Shown: one piece after another, positions 47,392 through 57,570 of the stretch
Numbering within the stretch: position 1 is the stretch's first letter
How the letters are laid out: every line of letters starts with the position of its first letter
Virus record (IMG/VR): IMGVR_UViG_3300025928_000007
Span: 5,114 to 69,113 of that record
Source: a virus
Length of the DNA: 64,000 nt
Reading direction: 5' to 3' (one strand)
Position numbers and translations under genes: made by a program
Notes under the pieces: generated by a model
Seen by the model: only the letters and a program-made list of their open reading frames with translations
What the model was told of the DNA's origin: nothing
Database searches by the model: none

Positions 47392-48468
47392 TCAGATTGT
47401 GTCGAGCGTCTGGTAGGTGATCTGAATCTGCGGGTTGGTCTCGTCGTCTAGGCCGGTGAAGCCGACGCTCTGGGTCACCAGCGCGGGACCGCCAGCCTTA
47501 GGAGACTCACCGTCCAGCTTGATGTTCGGGATGATGATGTCGAGCAGTTCCGGAGCACCACCAGAGGTACCCACGGTAGGACCGGTGAACTTCAGTTCCA
47601 GCGCCAGTGAGGTGTCGCCAGCGAAGGCGTTGTACATCGTCGCGGCGGCCAGCCATTCCGCCGTGAAGGTTCCGGTGATCTGGCGGAAGCCGTTCTCGAT
47701 GGGCTCCGCCGCGAAGCCTCCACCACCCAGGAAGTACCGGGTGTCATCGAAGGCGACCGTGTGCTTGATGCTCGCGTCCTTGATGTTCGCCAGGGTGGTC
47801 GCACCGGACAGGGATACCACACCGGAGGCCAGCGTCGGTGTACCCGTTAGCAGGTTCGCCTCACGGAAGTGGAAGATGTCCATGCCGGGGGTGACCGTGA
47901 AGGTGGCCAGTGCGGGCACGGAGCCGTTCAGCGGGTCGGAGTTACCCGCGCCGCCAAGCTCGTTCCTGCCGTCAATGGTCAGGTCAAGCTCAGCCAGCGC
48001 GCCAGAGGCGACGTTGATCGTCCATTCAGAAATCTTGCACCCGACGTATGTGAATGGCATGACGGTGCCATCGGTGGTCGGGATGCCCTTCTGGAAGGTC
48101 AGCGAGTGACCACCAAGGTTACCCGGCTGGTGAATGGCCTTCTGGACCGTGGTGGTGCCGATCTGGGTCAGGGTCGCGTTCGACTGGCCATAGGAGCCCA
48201 GCATGGCGAACAGGAGCTTGTTCAGCCTGCGAGTCTGGAGGTCCATCGTGATGCCGCCACCGGCATCATAGTTCGTCAGAACTCGACGCCCGGCACGGTC
48301 GTACAGGCCACCACCATGAAGGCCCTGGCCCTGTACCGTGGTCTTGGACAGAGCGAGCGTCTCCGACTTGAACTCCAGCGGCAGTGCTGAAGCAAGCGAC
48401 GGCGCTACCCCATATGTCGTCTCGTCTGTGTAGACAAGCTGGGAGGCGATGCCTGAGCCGATAGCCAT
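47392..48468 (-). CDS. Major tail (tube) protein
   Basis: SGIASQL...ETTYG, SLTFQKG, Y.GCKI, RQITGTF; no sheath gene present. Confidence 0.85.
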   Translation of the reverse strand: MAIGSGIASQLVYTDETTYGVAPSLASALPLEFKSETLALSKTTVQGQGLHGGGLYDRAGRRVLTNYDAGGGITMDLQTRRLNKLLFAMLGSYGQSNATLTQIGTTTVQKAIHQPGNLGGHSLTFQKGIPTTDGTVMPFTYVGCKISEWTINVASGALAELDLTIDGRNELGGAGNSDPLNGSVPALATFTVTPGMDIFHFREANLLTGTPTLASGVVSLSGATTLANIKDASIKHTVAFDDTRYFLGGGGFAAEPIENGFRQITGTFTAEWLAAATMYNAFAGDTSLALELKFTGPTVGTSGGAPELLDIIIPNIKLDGESPKAGGPALVTQSVGFTGLDDETNPQIQITYQTLDTI

Positions 48469-48470
48469 GG

Positions 48471-48752
48471 TCAGCCCTTACCCTTCCTTGTGGTCTTCGT
48501 GGTCTTCGCGGGCACTTCGTCATCCACGAAGTCATGTTCCGGCAGCGCCACAGGTTCGTCTTCCTTATCGGCTGGCGGCTCCGCTAGCCCCCTTGCCTCA
48601 TCCGATACTGTAGGCAGCGTGAAATCGCTTACGCGGTTACCGTCCTCATCCACCTCAGCGAAGTAGAGCGGAGAGAACTCGACACCATCGGGCACCACTA
48701 CGATCTCGCCCTTCTTATGAAGGCCGAAATCCTGTAGATGTACCAGTCTCAT
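48471..48752 (-). CDS. Hypothetical virion-operon protein
   Basis: AGGAG RBS; acidic/basic tail. Confidence 0.6.
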   Translation of the reverse strand: MRLVHLQDFGLHKKGEIVVVPDGVEFSPLYFAEVDEDGNRVSDFTLPTVSDEARGLAEPPADKEDEPVALPEHDFVDDEVPAKTTKTTRKGKG

Positions 48753-48760
48753 GTCGCTCC

Positions 48761-49246
48761 TTAGAACTTGGTGTCAACGCGCTGTGCGCCATGAATCTTG
48801 AAATCGATGGTGCCCACCGATCCGCCGCCGGTACCACTGCCGCCTGTGGTGGTGTCAGGCACGAACTCGTAGTCGGTCAGGTATGCCCACCGAACCGGGC
48901 CGGTATTGTCGCCTGGGTTAGCCGGTGGCACCGCGAGTGTGTAGTTGTTGGCAATCGCCTCGGTGAGGATGTTGAATGCGGCTAGGGCCTCAGTCTCGCG
49001 GGCATCGAAGTCGATATCTCCCTGCCAGCTTGAGACACAGCAACTGATGTCCCATTCTTCCTCGACCCGGTATGCCGGGCTGAGTTCCGCTGACGACTGC
49101 AATGCGGTCCAGCCGTATATCTGCACCGTCAGCGGGGCTGAGAACACGCCCATGCGCTTGCCGTACCAGAAGAAGGTGTCATCCGGAAGCAGCGGCTGCC
49201 AGATGGTGAGCAGGTTCTTCCGGGCCTGTACGACCTGAATGCTCAT
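48761..49246 (-). CDS. Probable tail terminator / completion protein
   Basis: Position before the major tail gene; R.EE..I.C.V pattern. Confidence 0.6.
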   Translation of the reverse strand: MSIQVVQARKNLLTIWQPLLPDDTFFWYGKRMGVFSAPLTVQIYGWTALQSSAELSPAYRVEEEWDISCCVSSWQGDIDFDARETEALAAFNILTEAIANNYTLAVPPANPGDNTGPVRWAYLTDYEFVPDTTTGGSGTGGGSVGTIDFKIHGAQRVDTKF

Positions 49247-49261
49247 GCCTCGTCCTTACTG

Positions 49262-49615
49262 TCAGAACTGCGCTGGCCACTGGGTCTTTAGCTGGTCCTG
49301 GACCGTGGTACCGCCGTACAGTTCTGGTGACTGGTTGTGGCCGGTTACGGTGATGGACAGCGAGCCGGATGTGGTGGTGCCTGCGGTGTCGGTAATGCTC
49401 AGGGTGAAGGTGAACTTACCCGTCGCTGTTGGCGTGCCCGATAGCCGCAGCTTGTCGGAGGCACTCACGGTGATCCCCGGCGGCAGCGCACCCGTAGCCA
49501 CGGTGGTGGCGGTAATAGCCGTAGCATTACCCGTAGTGGCGATACCCGCCTCGTATGCCTCGTTGACGCGGCCGGTCGGGAACTTGGTGGTCTGGATGAC
49601 GATGTCTGCTGCCAC
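49262..49615 (-). CDS. Ig-like (He_PIG) virion protein
   Basis: GALPPGI...LSGTPTATGKFTFTLSITDTAG. Confidence 0.75.
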   Translation of the reverse strand: MAADIVIQTTKFPTGRVNEAYEAGIATTGNATAITATTVATGALPPGITVSASDKLRLSGTPTATGKFTFTLSITDTAGTTTSGSLSITVTGHNQSPELYGGTTVQDQLKTQWPAQF

Positions 49616-49628
49616 TGGTTAACTCCTG

Positions 49629-49976
49629 TCAGAACTCAGTCGGCCACTGCACCTGAAGCTGGGTCAGCAACGGCGCGGCGCGGACCACGGACGGCCCCGG
49701 CTGGTTGTGGATGGTGATCTGGTAGGACGGTGATACCACCGCACCCGCCGTGTCGGTCAGTGACAGCGTGAAGGTGAACACTCCCGCCGTGGTGGGACGC
49801 CCCGTGATCCTGATGTGATCAGTGGCGTTCACTACAAGACCGGCGGGAAGCGCACCCGTGTTCACCGTGCCGACTGTCACCGCCGTGGCGGCCAGTGATA
49901 GCGCGAGCCCGGCCTCATAGGGCACGTTAACGAAGCCGTCCGGAAGAAGAACGGTCTTGTAGACGATGTCAGCCAT
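49629..49976 (-). CDS. Ig-like (He_PIG) virion protein, paralogue of the previous gene
   Basis: GALPAGL...ITGRPTTAGVFTFTLSLTDTAG. Confidence 0.75.
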   Translation of the reverse strand: MADIVYKTVLLPDGFVNVPYEAGLALSLAATAVTVGTVNTGALPAGLVVNATDHIRITGRPTTAGVFTFTLSLTDTAGAVVSPSYQITIHNQPGPSVVRAAPLLTQLQVQWPTEF

Positions 49977-49999
49977 TGATCAATCCTTCGGCGTAGTGG

Positions 50000-50245
50000 T
50001 CAAGCCTCGTCGCGGACGGAGCCCGGCCAGAGTCGTTCGATTGCCAGTTCGGCGTCGAAGTGCTCGCTGCCCGGATCGGCAGTCCTTAGCTCGCGCTGGC
50101 GGCTCTCATGTGCCCTCTCCAGGCGCTCCTTCAGTTCGTCGCGCTCCTTGCGGAGTGCGGCGGTGTCATCGGTCTTCGCAGCGGCCGGTGCTGCGGGTGC
50201 CTTCGCCTTCGCAGCGGCCGGTGCGCGCTCTGGGGTCTCGGTCAT
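50000..50245 (-). CDS. Hypothetical coiled-coil protein
   Basis: ATGA coupling. Confidence 0.6.
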   Translation of the reverse strand: MTETPERAPAAAKAKAPAAPAAAKTDDTAALRKERDELKERLERAHESRQRELRTADPGSEHFDAELAIERLWPGSVRDEA

Positions 50246-50457
50246 GACTCGTCTCCCATTCCAGCCGGGCTGTCTAGGCCATGCGCCCGGCGAATCTTCT
50301 CGTGATGCTCCACGTCCATGTACTCGCCACGCTCAATGGCGGCGAGCTTCGCCTCGGCCGCCGCTATGACGGGATGACGCGGGACGCTGTTCGCCTGGAA
50401 CTCGTCAGCCTCGCGCTGCTCGGCGCTCCTGGTGTCCGGTGCTTCCTTGTCAGCCAT
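50242..50457 (-). CDS. Hypothetical protein
   Basis: AGGAAGGA RBS. Confidence 0.6.
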   Translation of the reverse strand: MADKEAPDTRSAEQREADEFQANSVPRHPVIAAAEAKLAAIERGEYMDVEHHEKIRRAHGLDSPAGMGDES

Positions 50458-50470
50458 TGCTGTCCTTCCT

Positions 50471-51115
50471 TTATCCGATGATCGGGGCCGCGCGATACGG
50501 CTTGATCATTTCGAGAATCCTGTACGGGACTCCGTAGGTGGGCATTACGACGCCCGCCGCCGGTCCTGAACGGGCCATGTCCTGGTCAATCGCCGCATAG
50601 CCATACTGTGAGGTCTGCTGGGCTGAGCGCTGCATCGCACCCTGCCACCATTCAGCGATCAACTCAAGCTCGGCAAGCTGAATGATCGGCGGGACCGGGT
50701 TCCTGCCTGCGGTGTAGACCACCCTAATGTTCCCTGTGCCAGGAACGAAGGGGACTACCACATTGCCGGAACTTCGCCGGGTGATGTAGCCATCCTGCTC
50801 GGACTCAATCGAGTAGGCGTACTGGCTGCTCACGACCGGGCTATTCGCCTGGACATAGTCCAGTTCGAATGTGGCGAACCCCCAGCCTTCCTCGATTGAC
50901 TCGATGGAAATGATCGGGGTGTTCCAGAGGAAGATCGAGGTCTCTCCGCCGTCATAGCTCTCATCAAACAACTGCGGGACATTGTTGCCGGTCTCCCGGC
51001 GCATGACCTCATCAGCGGCGTCGATGTAAATCTGGAGGTGCAGGTCGTCAGCGGTGTCGGCAGGAGGGTACCTCAGATGTGCTCGCACCTGGTCAAGGGT
51101 GACGATGTTCGCCAT
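50471..51115 (-). CDS. Head-to-tail adaptor
   Basis: VTLDQVRAHL...DD..L..YIDAA; NIRVVYTAGR..VP..I..A. Confidence 0.85.
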   Translation of the reverse strand: MANIVTLDQVRAHLRYPPADTADDLHLQIYIDAADEVMRRETGNNVPQLFDESYDGGETSIFLWNTPIISIESIEEGWGFATFELDYVQANSPVVSSQYAYSIESEQDGYITRRSSGNVVVPFVPGTGNIRVVYTAGRNPVPPIIQLAELELIAEWWQGAMQRSAQQTSQYGYAAIDQDMARSGPAAGVVMPTYGVPYRILEMIKPYRAAPIIG

Positions 51116-51149
51116 CTGAGGCTCCCAACTGCGCTCCTACGATTAGTGA

Positions 51150-51193
51150 GACGGGATGGGCGAGGGCGAGGCATTCCACTCGCCCACCCCATC
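51150..51193 (-). terminator. Stem-loop after the major capsid gene
   Basis: 15-bp stem gatggggtgggcgag/ctcgcccatcccgtc with G-U pairs on the - strand. Confidence 0.6.
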
Positions 51194-51197
51194 CAGA

Positions 51198-52547
51198 TCA
51201 AGAGGCCGGTGACTTGTACTCGACCACGGCGCGAAGGTCGTTCGCGCGTGCGTCCATGCGGACGAAGCCAAGGAAGCCAACCTGGAGGAAGTCCGCATAT
51301 CGCTCATCGAGACGCATAACGGACGCCTGAGTCACCTGACGCACGACCATGCAGGTCTGGAAGTCACCGAACAGCAATCCGCCGACCGTGTTCAGGGTCG
51401 TGCTGATGTTTCCGGCGTTCTGGTCGATCTTCACCGGGTAACCGTAGACACGGTCATCGGCTCCGACCTGAACGTTCGGGTTCCACAGCGGGTGACCCTG
51501 GGTGTCGGTGATGGAACGAATGTTCCACAGAGTGGTGTCGTTCATCACCCAGGTGCAGCGACCGCTCGCGCGGTATGCCGGGTCCACCTTCGCGGTCATC
51601 AGGACGATGTCATCCCAGCCAGGCATTCCGGAAGTCAGCTTGTTAGCTGGCGTTGCGGAACCAAGCTTGGTGACGGTGCCACCAGCGGTCGGCTGGTACA
51701 GGCCGCCCTGCGCACCGGACTTGACGCCATAGGCGGTCAGTGCGGTGGTAAGGCCCATCAGGGCTGAGGTGCCGGTGCCGGTGTAAAGCTCGGACGCGAC
51801 GAAGCGGCCAATGCTTTCACCGATGCGCTCGCGGACGAAGCCCTCAACATCGAAGGCGGAGTCGTTGATCGCTTCGAGGCCAGCCAGTGCAACGTTGGAC
51901 GTGATCGTCCAAGCGTTCATCTGGCCCTGGCCGAAGACGTAATCCTGGAAGCCAAGCTGGCTACCCTGGGCTCCCACGTAGTTACCCACGATGGAAGTCG
52001 GGTCAACAGTCGGCCACGGCATCGGGTTACCGGTGCTGGTTTCGATGATCTTGGCCAGATCCAGAAGGCCACCGAACTGCTTCAAGGCAACCTGGAGGTT
52101 GTGCCAGAAGCCCTGCGGGACCAGGAACCCAGCGTTGGACGCGCCACCGACCGTGTACAGGGCGTTGGCGTCGTTGGTGGTACGGATTTCACCAGCAAGC
52201 AGGTTGCGGCGCTCCTCACCACTCAGCGCGGCGACACCACGGCGCAGGTACGCACCGAATGCGCGCTCGTGCTGCTCCTTCTGGGTACCCTCGTACTGGT
52301 CACGAGAGACGCCCTGAAGATCGGCAGCTTCCTCGCGTGCGTCGTTCAGCTTGTTGAACTGGACGATGCGCTCAAGGTCCTTGTCGAGCTTGCGCAGTTC
52401 CTTCTCGGCGCGGTCGTAGCTCTGCTGCTCCTCACCGGACAGCGAGCCCTCGTCGTTCCAGCGCTCCATCAGGTCGGTCATGTGACCGTAGACGGTTGCG
52501 CGCTGCTCGCGAATCGCCTTCTCGCGAACGGACATTACTCTAGCCAC
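51198..52547 (-). CDS. Major capsid protein (HK97 fold, N-terminal delta domain)
   Basis: Coiled-coil N-terminus; GFLVPQ, WVMND, YGYPV, LFGDF, VGFLGFVRMD. Confidence 0.92.
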   Translation of the reverse strand: MARVMSVREKAIREQRATVYGHMTDLMERWNDEGSLSGEEQQSYDRAEKELRKLDKDLERIVQFNKLNDAREEAADLQGVSRDQYEGTQKEQHERAFGAYLRRGVAALSGEERRNLLAGEIRTTNDANALYTVGGASNAGFLVPQGFWHNLQVALKQFGGLLDLAKIIETSTGNPMPWPTVDPTSIVGNYVGAQGSQLGFQDYVFGQGQMNAWTITSNVALAGLEAINDSAFDVEGFVRERIGESIGRFVASELYTGTGTSALMGLTTALTAYGVKSGAQGGLYQPTAGGTVTKLGSATPANKLTSGMPGWDDIVLMTAKVDPAYRASGRCTWVMNDTTLWNIRSITDTQGHPLWNPNVQVGADDRVYGYPVKIDQNAGNISTTLNTVGGLLFGDFQTCMVVRQVTQASVMRLDERYADFLQVGFLGFVRMDARANDLRAVVEYKSPAS

Positions 52548-52689
52548 AGCTAGCTCCTTTGACTCTGTGCCTCATGGATACTGACGGCCCGAGTGTCTGG
52601 AGACGGCTCGTGCTAGATGCCCCTGGACGGCGCTGTGCGTGTCCCTGCGGGGTTAGAACTATGGGGGTAGGGTGATCGTATGCCCTACG

Positions 52690-54339
52690 TCAGGATGCGT
52701 CTAGGAGAGCCTTACGGCGGTCCTCCGCGTCCTTCATGCGCTGGCGTGCCTCGGCCAGCGTCAGTCCGGTGAACTCCTCCTCGGCTGGCGGTTCCTCCGC
52801 CGCCCGCTCGGCCGCCTTCATGGCGGTCTCGGTCAGGTAGCCCTGTGCCAGGTCGAGAATCCGGAGTGAGGTTGTGGTCGGTGGCATCGACATCGCGAGG
52901 GTGTAAATCTCGTCCATGTCGCGCCTCACCTCATCGTTGACAGCGTCCCCGACACCACCAACACCGTTCCAGTGATCCGGCAACATGTCCGCCACGCCGA
53001 AGTCGGTCGCGCGCTGGATGATCTCCAGGCGGGCCTCGGTGTCCGGTGCGGTCTTGATGTCACGGGCCAGGGCGTTGATGTCATCAGCGCGGGATACACC
53101 CCCCGGCAGCACGCCACGGTCGCCAGGCTCCCAGCCTTCGGTCATCTCACGGAAGTCCGCAAGAGCTTCCCAGGCGTCCATGTTCGTCTCGGCGGCAACC
53201 TTCACACCGAACTTCGACAGGGCGGCCTTGATCTTGGACTTGATGGAGGCAAGCTGTGTAGCGGAGTATTCGCCAGCGTTCTTGGCCTTGCTGATGTAGG
53301 ACCAGGCGGCCTTTGCGTGCTCCTTGGTGTCAATCGGGTAGCGCTTCTTCTTGTCCGACTGGTAACCCGGGTCAGCATAGGCAACATCGCCATATGGTGC
53401 CTTCTTGTCATCAGCACGGACCTCGGTGCCACACTGGGCACATGCGCGTGTGCCACTCTGGAGAGCAGCGCCACAAGCGCCACAGTATTCGCTGGACGGC
53501 TTGTCACTTCTCATGCTCTCTCCGCAGGCGGTGCAGTAGGCGTCGTACTGGCCCGTAGAGCCGCACTCGCCACAGGTGGTTAGGTCGGTGTAGGTAGCGG
53601 CGGCGGCCCGGCCTGATCGGCCATTGGCGTTGGGCGCGGTGAATGCGCCATCCTTGCCTTCGCCAGGAGACTTGTCGCTGGTGTCCGCAGGATCGTCCTC
53701 ATCGTCGTCATCGGCCGCAGACTCCTGACCGGCAACATCTGCACCATGCGGTGACATGGCCATTATATCACCGATCTGCATAGAGGCGAACCGCTCCTGC
53801 TCCGGAGACATTCCACGAGCCGCACGGACCTGCTCCTTGGTGGATACCAGGGTGTCAGTGTAGGCCGGGAAGGTGCACACGCTGATCTCGTGGACCTTCA
53901 TTTCGAGAATCTCACGGATCTCACCATCCAGTGGCGTGGCGGGCGAGCCATCCTTCATGGTCCACTTCTCGCGGATCACCTCGAATCCGAATGAACAGCC
54001 ACCGTAGTTACCAGCCTTGACGTTCTTGCGAACATCATTACCATAGGTGGTGTCCACGATCTGAGCTTCCCAGTCACCACCCTGAGGACCGTCCGCCATG
54101 GTCAGGCTGCCCGCACTCATGCGGGCCAGTGGCAGACGGGTCTCATGGTTGTCGAGCAGGACGATGTCGCCATCGTTGATCGACTTCCTGCCCGCGCCAC
54201 GCCTGATGTGCTCGGTGAACCCATACGGCCCGGAGCCGATCTGAGTCCGCTTACCATATGGCCAGGCCCGGCCATGTAGCTTGCCATCGTCGCCCACCGT
54301 AGGAGCGGCCCTCTTGATGTAGCGATATTCCATGGCCAT
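52690..54339 (-). CDS. HK97-family prohead protease fused to a double zinc ribbon and a DUF6582-like domain
   Basis: L.NH, GCSFGF, EISVCTFPAY; four CxxC; YADPGY...KRYPIDT.EH..AAWSYI. Confidence 0.88.
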   Translation of the reverse strand: MAMEYRYIKRAAPTVGDDGKLHGRAWPYGKRTQIGSGPYGFTEHIRRGAGRKSINDGDIVLLDNHETRLPLARMSAGSLTMADGPQGGDWEAQIVDTTYGNDVRKNVKAGNYGGCSFGFEVIREKWTMKDGSPATPLDGEIREILEMKVHEISVCTFPAYTDTLVSTKEQVRAARGMSPEQERFASMQIGDIMAMSPHGADVAGQESAADDDDEDDPADTSDKSPGEGKDGAFTAPNANGRSGRAAAATYTDLTTCGECGSTGQYDAYCTACGESMRSDKPSSEYCGACGAALQSGTRACAQCGTEVRADDKKAPYGDVAYADPGYQSDKKKRYPIDTKEHAKAAWSYISKAKNAGEYSATQLASIKSKIKAALSKFGVKVAAETNMDAWEALADFREMTEGWEPGDRGVLPGGVSRADDINALARDIKTAPDTEARLEIIQRATDFGVADMLPDHWNGVGGVGDAVNDEVRRDMDEIYTLAMSMPPTTTSLRILDLAQGYLTETAMKAAERAAEEPPAEEEFTGLTLAEARQRMKDAEDRRKALLDAS

Positions 54340-55661
54340 TACGAAGGCCCTCCAAACCCGTTAGAGGCGGCGTTAACGGTGCCCGGTGATGGCAGGCCCT
54401 TGTCTCCCGCGCCCATGTTGAGCGCCAGCACTGGCTCGTCCAGACCTGGTAGCGGCACCATGTTCTCCTTGATTCGTGCTTCGTTTCGTGTCATCCATCC
54501 AGCGGCGATGCCCTGGGTGTATGCGGCAAAGCGCTCGGCCATGCTGCCCCTCATCAGGCGGTCTAGGTCGAACTCGCTGTACTGCTTGCGAATGTTGATA
54601 ACCTCACGGCTGATCCGCTGCTCCATGCGGCCCGTCCAGCCCGCGACCGTGTAGGATACGAATCCCACGTTCTGGGACTCGATACCCGCGCCCCAGGATG
54701 TTGAGCGCTCTACGTCACCGACCAGGTGCGGCGGAATGCCGAACAGGCGGGCGATCTCGTTGGTCTCCCATCTGCGGGACTCAAGGAACTGCAAGGAATC
54801 CGGCGGGATCGTCAACTGCTGGAAGTCCGTGCCAGCATCCAAGACGCCGACCTCGGCCGCATTGTCTAGGCCGCCCATCTTCTGGAGCCACTTGGCGCGG
54901 ACGGAGTCAGCCTGCTGCTGGTTGGCCAGCGGTGCCTTCACCTTGATGATGCCGGAAAGGATGCTGCCCTTGGCATAGAACTTCGCGGCCAGCTTGTCAC
55001 CCGCCATCGCCGTGCCCAGCGTGCGCGCGGCGAACTGGATAGGAGACAGGCCCTGGAGCCCGTCGTATCCGAGGCCCGGGATGTGCATGATCTCGTAGTC
55101 GGTGTAGATCACCGGGTTCTGCTCAAGCAGGTCGCCCTCATCGGACACGCGCTTGACCTCGAAAAGCTTGGTGCCGACCGGCACACCCGTACGTGCCGCC
55201 TCTCGCGGGTTAACACGGTGGACCTTCACACGGCCGGGGTAGATAGGCTGCAAGTCCACGATCATGTCGGTGGCCGGGTTCCGGATCTTCCGGACATAGG
55301 CATTGCCCCACAGGGCCAGATGAACCACGACAAGCTCCCACAACTCATACTGTGTGTAGACCATCGTGTTGTTCGACTTGTCCAGAATCTGCGGGAACTG
55401 CTCCACCTTGCCCGGATCGCGGAACGTCCTCAGCGGGCATCCCGCGATGACCGTGGCAAGCAGCCCTACGCAACGGTAGACCGTGGGAAGGACCATCGCG
55501 TTGTCAGGCGTGACCGATTCCCCAGAGTCCGTCTGCGTCAGGGAGTCGAAGATAGACCCAAGACCGACAGAGCTTAGCGGAACAGATGGATTCTCGAACG
55601 GGTTGATGATGCCCGTTCCGCTAGCACGCCGCTCCACGCCACGAGCGTTGAACAGCGTCAT
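54339..55661 (-). CDS. Portal protein (HK97 family)
   Basis: VYRCV, LWGNAY, IMHIPG..YDG..GLSPI, IARLFGIPPH, T.NEAR..EN. Confidence 0.95.
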   Translation of the reverse strand: MTLFNARGVERRASGTGIINPFENPSVPLSSVGLGSIFDSLTQTDSGESVTPDNAMVLPTVYRCVGLLATVIAGCPLRTFRDPGKVEQFPQILDKSNNTMVYTQYELWELVVVHLALWGNAYVRKIRNPATDMIVDLQPIYPGRVKVHRVNPREAARTGVPVGTKLFEVKRVSDEGDLLEQNPVIYTDYEIMHIPGLGYDGLQGLSPIQFAARTLGTAMAGDKLAAKFYAKGSILSGIIKVKAPLANQQQADSVRAKWLQKMGGLDNAAEVGVLDAGTDFQQLTIPPDSLQFLESRRWETNEIARLFGIPPHLVGDVERSTSWGAGIESQNVGFVSYTVAGWTGRMEQRISREVINIRKQYSEFDLDRLMRGSMAERFAAYTQGIAAGWMTRNEARIKENMVPLPGLDEPVLALNMGAGDKGLPSPGTVNAASNGFGGPS

Positions 55662-55664
55662 AGC

Positions 55665-55907
55665 TTATCCTCTCTGCTGCCTTTCGGCTACGAGTATGCC
55701 GCCCAGTCCCCCGACGATCAGTGCGACCGGGACCGAGAAGTATGAGATTCCGAACAGAACCGAAAAGGCGCAGACGCACTCGAAGACCGTGAGGACGGTG
55801 TTCCTCTCGGTCGCGATATCGAGGGTGGCCTTGGTGTAGGGCTTGACTCTGTCCCACAGGGTTGCCAGCCGGGTCTTTGCTGGGGCCATGAAAGCCAGAT
55901 TTGGCAT
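55665..55907 (-). CDS. Small membrane protein between terL and portal
   Basis: Two TM helices; usual position in HK97-like phages. Confidence 0.65.
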   Translation of the reverse strand: MPNLAFMAPAKTRLATLWDRVKPYTKATLDIATERNTVLTVFECVCAFSVLFGISYFSVPVALIVGGLGGILVAERQQRG

Positions 55908-55975
55908 GTTGCCTCATTCGATGATAAGTGCTACGCAATTATCATCGACGGCGGCAGTGCGTAGCTGCTGCCGCC

Positions 55976-57535
55976 TTAGTAGACGAAACCAATCTGAGAC
56001 ACCGGGGTTTCGTGCTCCTCTCCGGTGTACTCATCCTTCCACTTATAGGTCGGCTCGTCCCAAATCTGCTGAGTGAGCCAGTAGCCCGCGCGATCCACGG
56101 CCATGACCGCAGCCACGGCGAGGTCGATCTTGCGCGGAGACTGCCTGGCATCCTTCATAAGTCGTGCGCCACGGGCGTCAGTCTTTAGCTGAGCGTTCTC
56201 CAGGTGCCGTGCGAGACGCGGGTCACCGTTGTGGCTGATCTTCTGGGTAGTGACCGCCTCGTAGAAGCGCTGTGTCGCTGGACCCATCCGGCTGAGGGTC
56301 TGCGGATAGGCGACAACCGGGAGTCCTTCTTCCTCCAGTTCTTCGCCTGCATCCAGCCAGAACCATTCGTCCCATGCTATCTCGCGGACCTTGTACTTGT
56401 GGCAGGCTTGCCGGATCGCGGCCTTCACCGCACCACGTGGAACTCTCCAGTTGTCGTCCTCCGGTGGCTTCTCCCAGAGACCGATCACCTCTACCTGTGG
56501 CTCCTGTGACACCGTCACCGCTACCAGCGCGGTAGAGTCGCCATTCTTCGACCCGTCAAAGCCGAGAACGACACCCTTGGCTCCGGGGGTGAATGGTGTC
56601 TCAGTACGGCAAGAGTTCCAGCTTCCCTGTGGCAGCCATGCGACAGTCTGTGAGACCCACTGGTTCAGTCTCTTGGTCCGGTACTCGTTCTCGTGGACCT
56701 TCTTCACCACGGAGGAGAAGTCCTCGGTGTCGATCAGGTCACCATAGCCGGGGTTTGCGGCCTCCCAGACGGCGGGATCACGGTGGTCGCTCTTGGGTGG
56801 TGCGCCATACCAGGCCATGAAGAACGTGTCGTCCTCGATCTCGCCCCTGGCGATCTTCTCGCCATACTGGAAACGGCGGTAGCAGATCGAGTCGCCACCG
56901 GTTTGGTCGGTCCTGACGCCTGCGGTGGTGATGATGATGAGAAGCGGGTCACGGCGAGCACCGAAAGCCTGGACGATAACGTTGTAGAGTTCGTCGGTGG
57001 GTGCGGCATGAAGCTCGTCATAGATGGCGAGGGTAGGGTTCAAACCTTCCTTCGTGAACGCCTCACTGCTAAGCACCTTGTAGATAGAGCCCGTGTCGAG
57101 ATACTCGATGGCGTCACGGTAGACCTTGAGCATGCCGCTGAGTTCTTCGTCTAGCTCGACCATGCGCTTCGCGACATTGAACACGATGCGGGCCTGGTCC
57201 TTGTCGGCGGCCAGGGAGTAGACCTCGGAGCCGTCCGCGCCCATGACTAGGCCATGAAGACCGAAGCTGGAACCCAGCGCCGACTTGCCGTTCTTCCTCG
57301 GGAGGCCAATCAGGGCCTCACGGTGGCGGAGCCTGCCGTCCCATCGCCGGGCATACACACGGCTGGTCAGGTCCCTCTGCCATGGACGGGTCTGGATCAG
57401 TTCGCCAGCATGGCCGCCCCAGGACTCCTTGGTGATACGGCAGTAGCCCTCGATGAACTCATCGACATATGGCCCATCCCCGCGCTCGATGTCCTCCTGG
57501 GGAACGGGAGTCATCAAAAGGGGAACGGCGGTCAT
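55976..57535 (-). CDS. terL: Terminase large subunit
   Basis: PWQ, PRKNGKS, YDELH, ITTAG, GFDGS...DSTA, KIDLAVA. Confidence 0.95.
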   Translation of the reverse strand: MTAVPLLMTPVPQEDIERGDGPYVDEFIEGYCRITKESWGGHAGELIQTRPWQRDLTSRVYARRWDGRLRHREALIGLPRKNGKSALGSSFGLHGLVMGADGSEVYSLAADKDQARIVFNVAKRMVELDEELSGMLKVYRDAIEYLDTGSIYKVLSSEAFTKEGLNPTLAIYDELHAAPTDELYNVIVQAFGARRDPLLIIITTAGVRTDQTGGDSICYRRFQYGEKIARGEIEDDTFFMAWYGAPPKSDHRDPAVWEAANPGYGDLIDTEDFSSVVKKVHENEYRTKRLNQWVSQTVAWLPQGSWNSCRTETPFTPGAKGVVLGFDGSKNGDSTALVAVTVSQEPQVEVIGLWEKPPEDDNWRVPRGAVKAAIRQACHKYKVREIAWDEWFWLDAGEELEEEGLPVVAYPQTLSRMGPATQRFYEAVTTQKISHNGDPRLARHLENAQLKTDARGARLMKDARQSPRKIDLAVAAVMAVDRAGYWLTQQIWDEPTYKWKDEYTGEEHETPVSQIGFVY

Positions 57536-57570
57536 TAGGCGTCCTCGCTGCTATTATATCATCAAATGGA

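Noticed and set aside
52548-52689. Structured intergenic region before the capsid gene (possible ncRNA or riboswitch)
   Set aside because: Only short hairpins (gtaggg/ccctac); no recognisable RNA family without a covariance search
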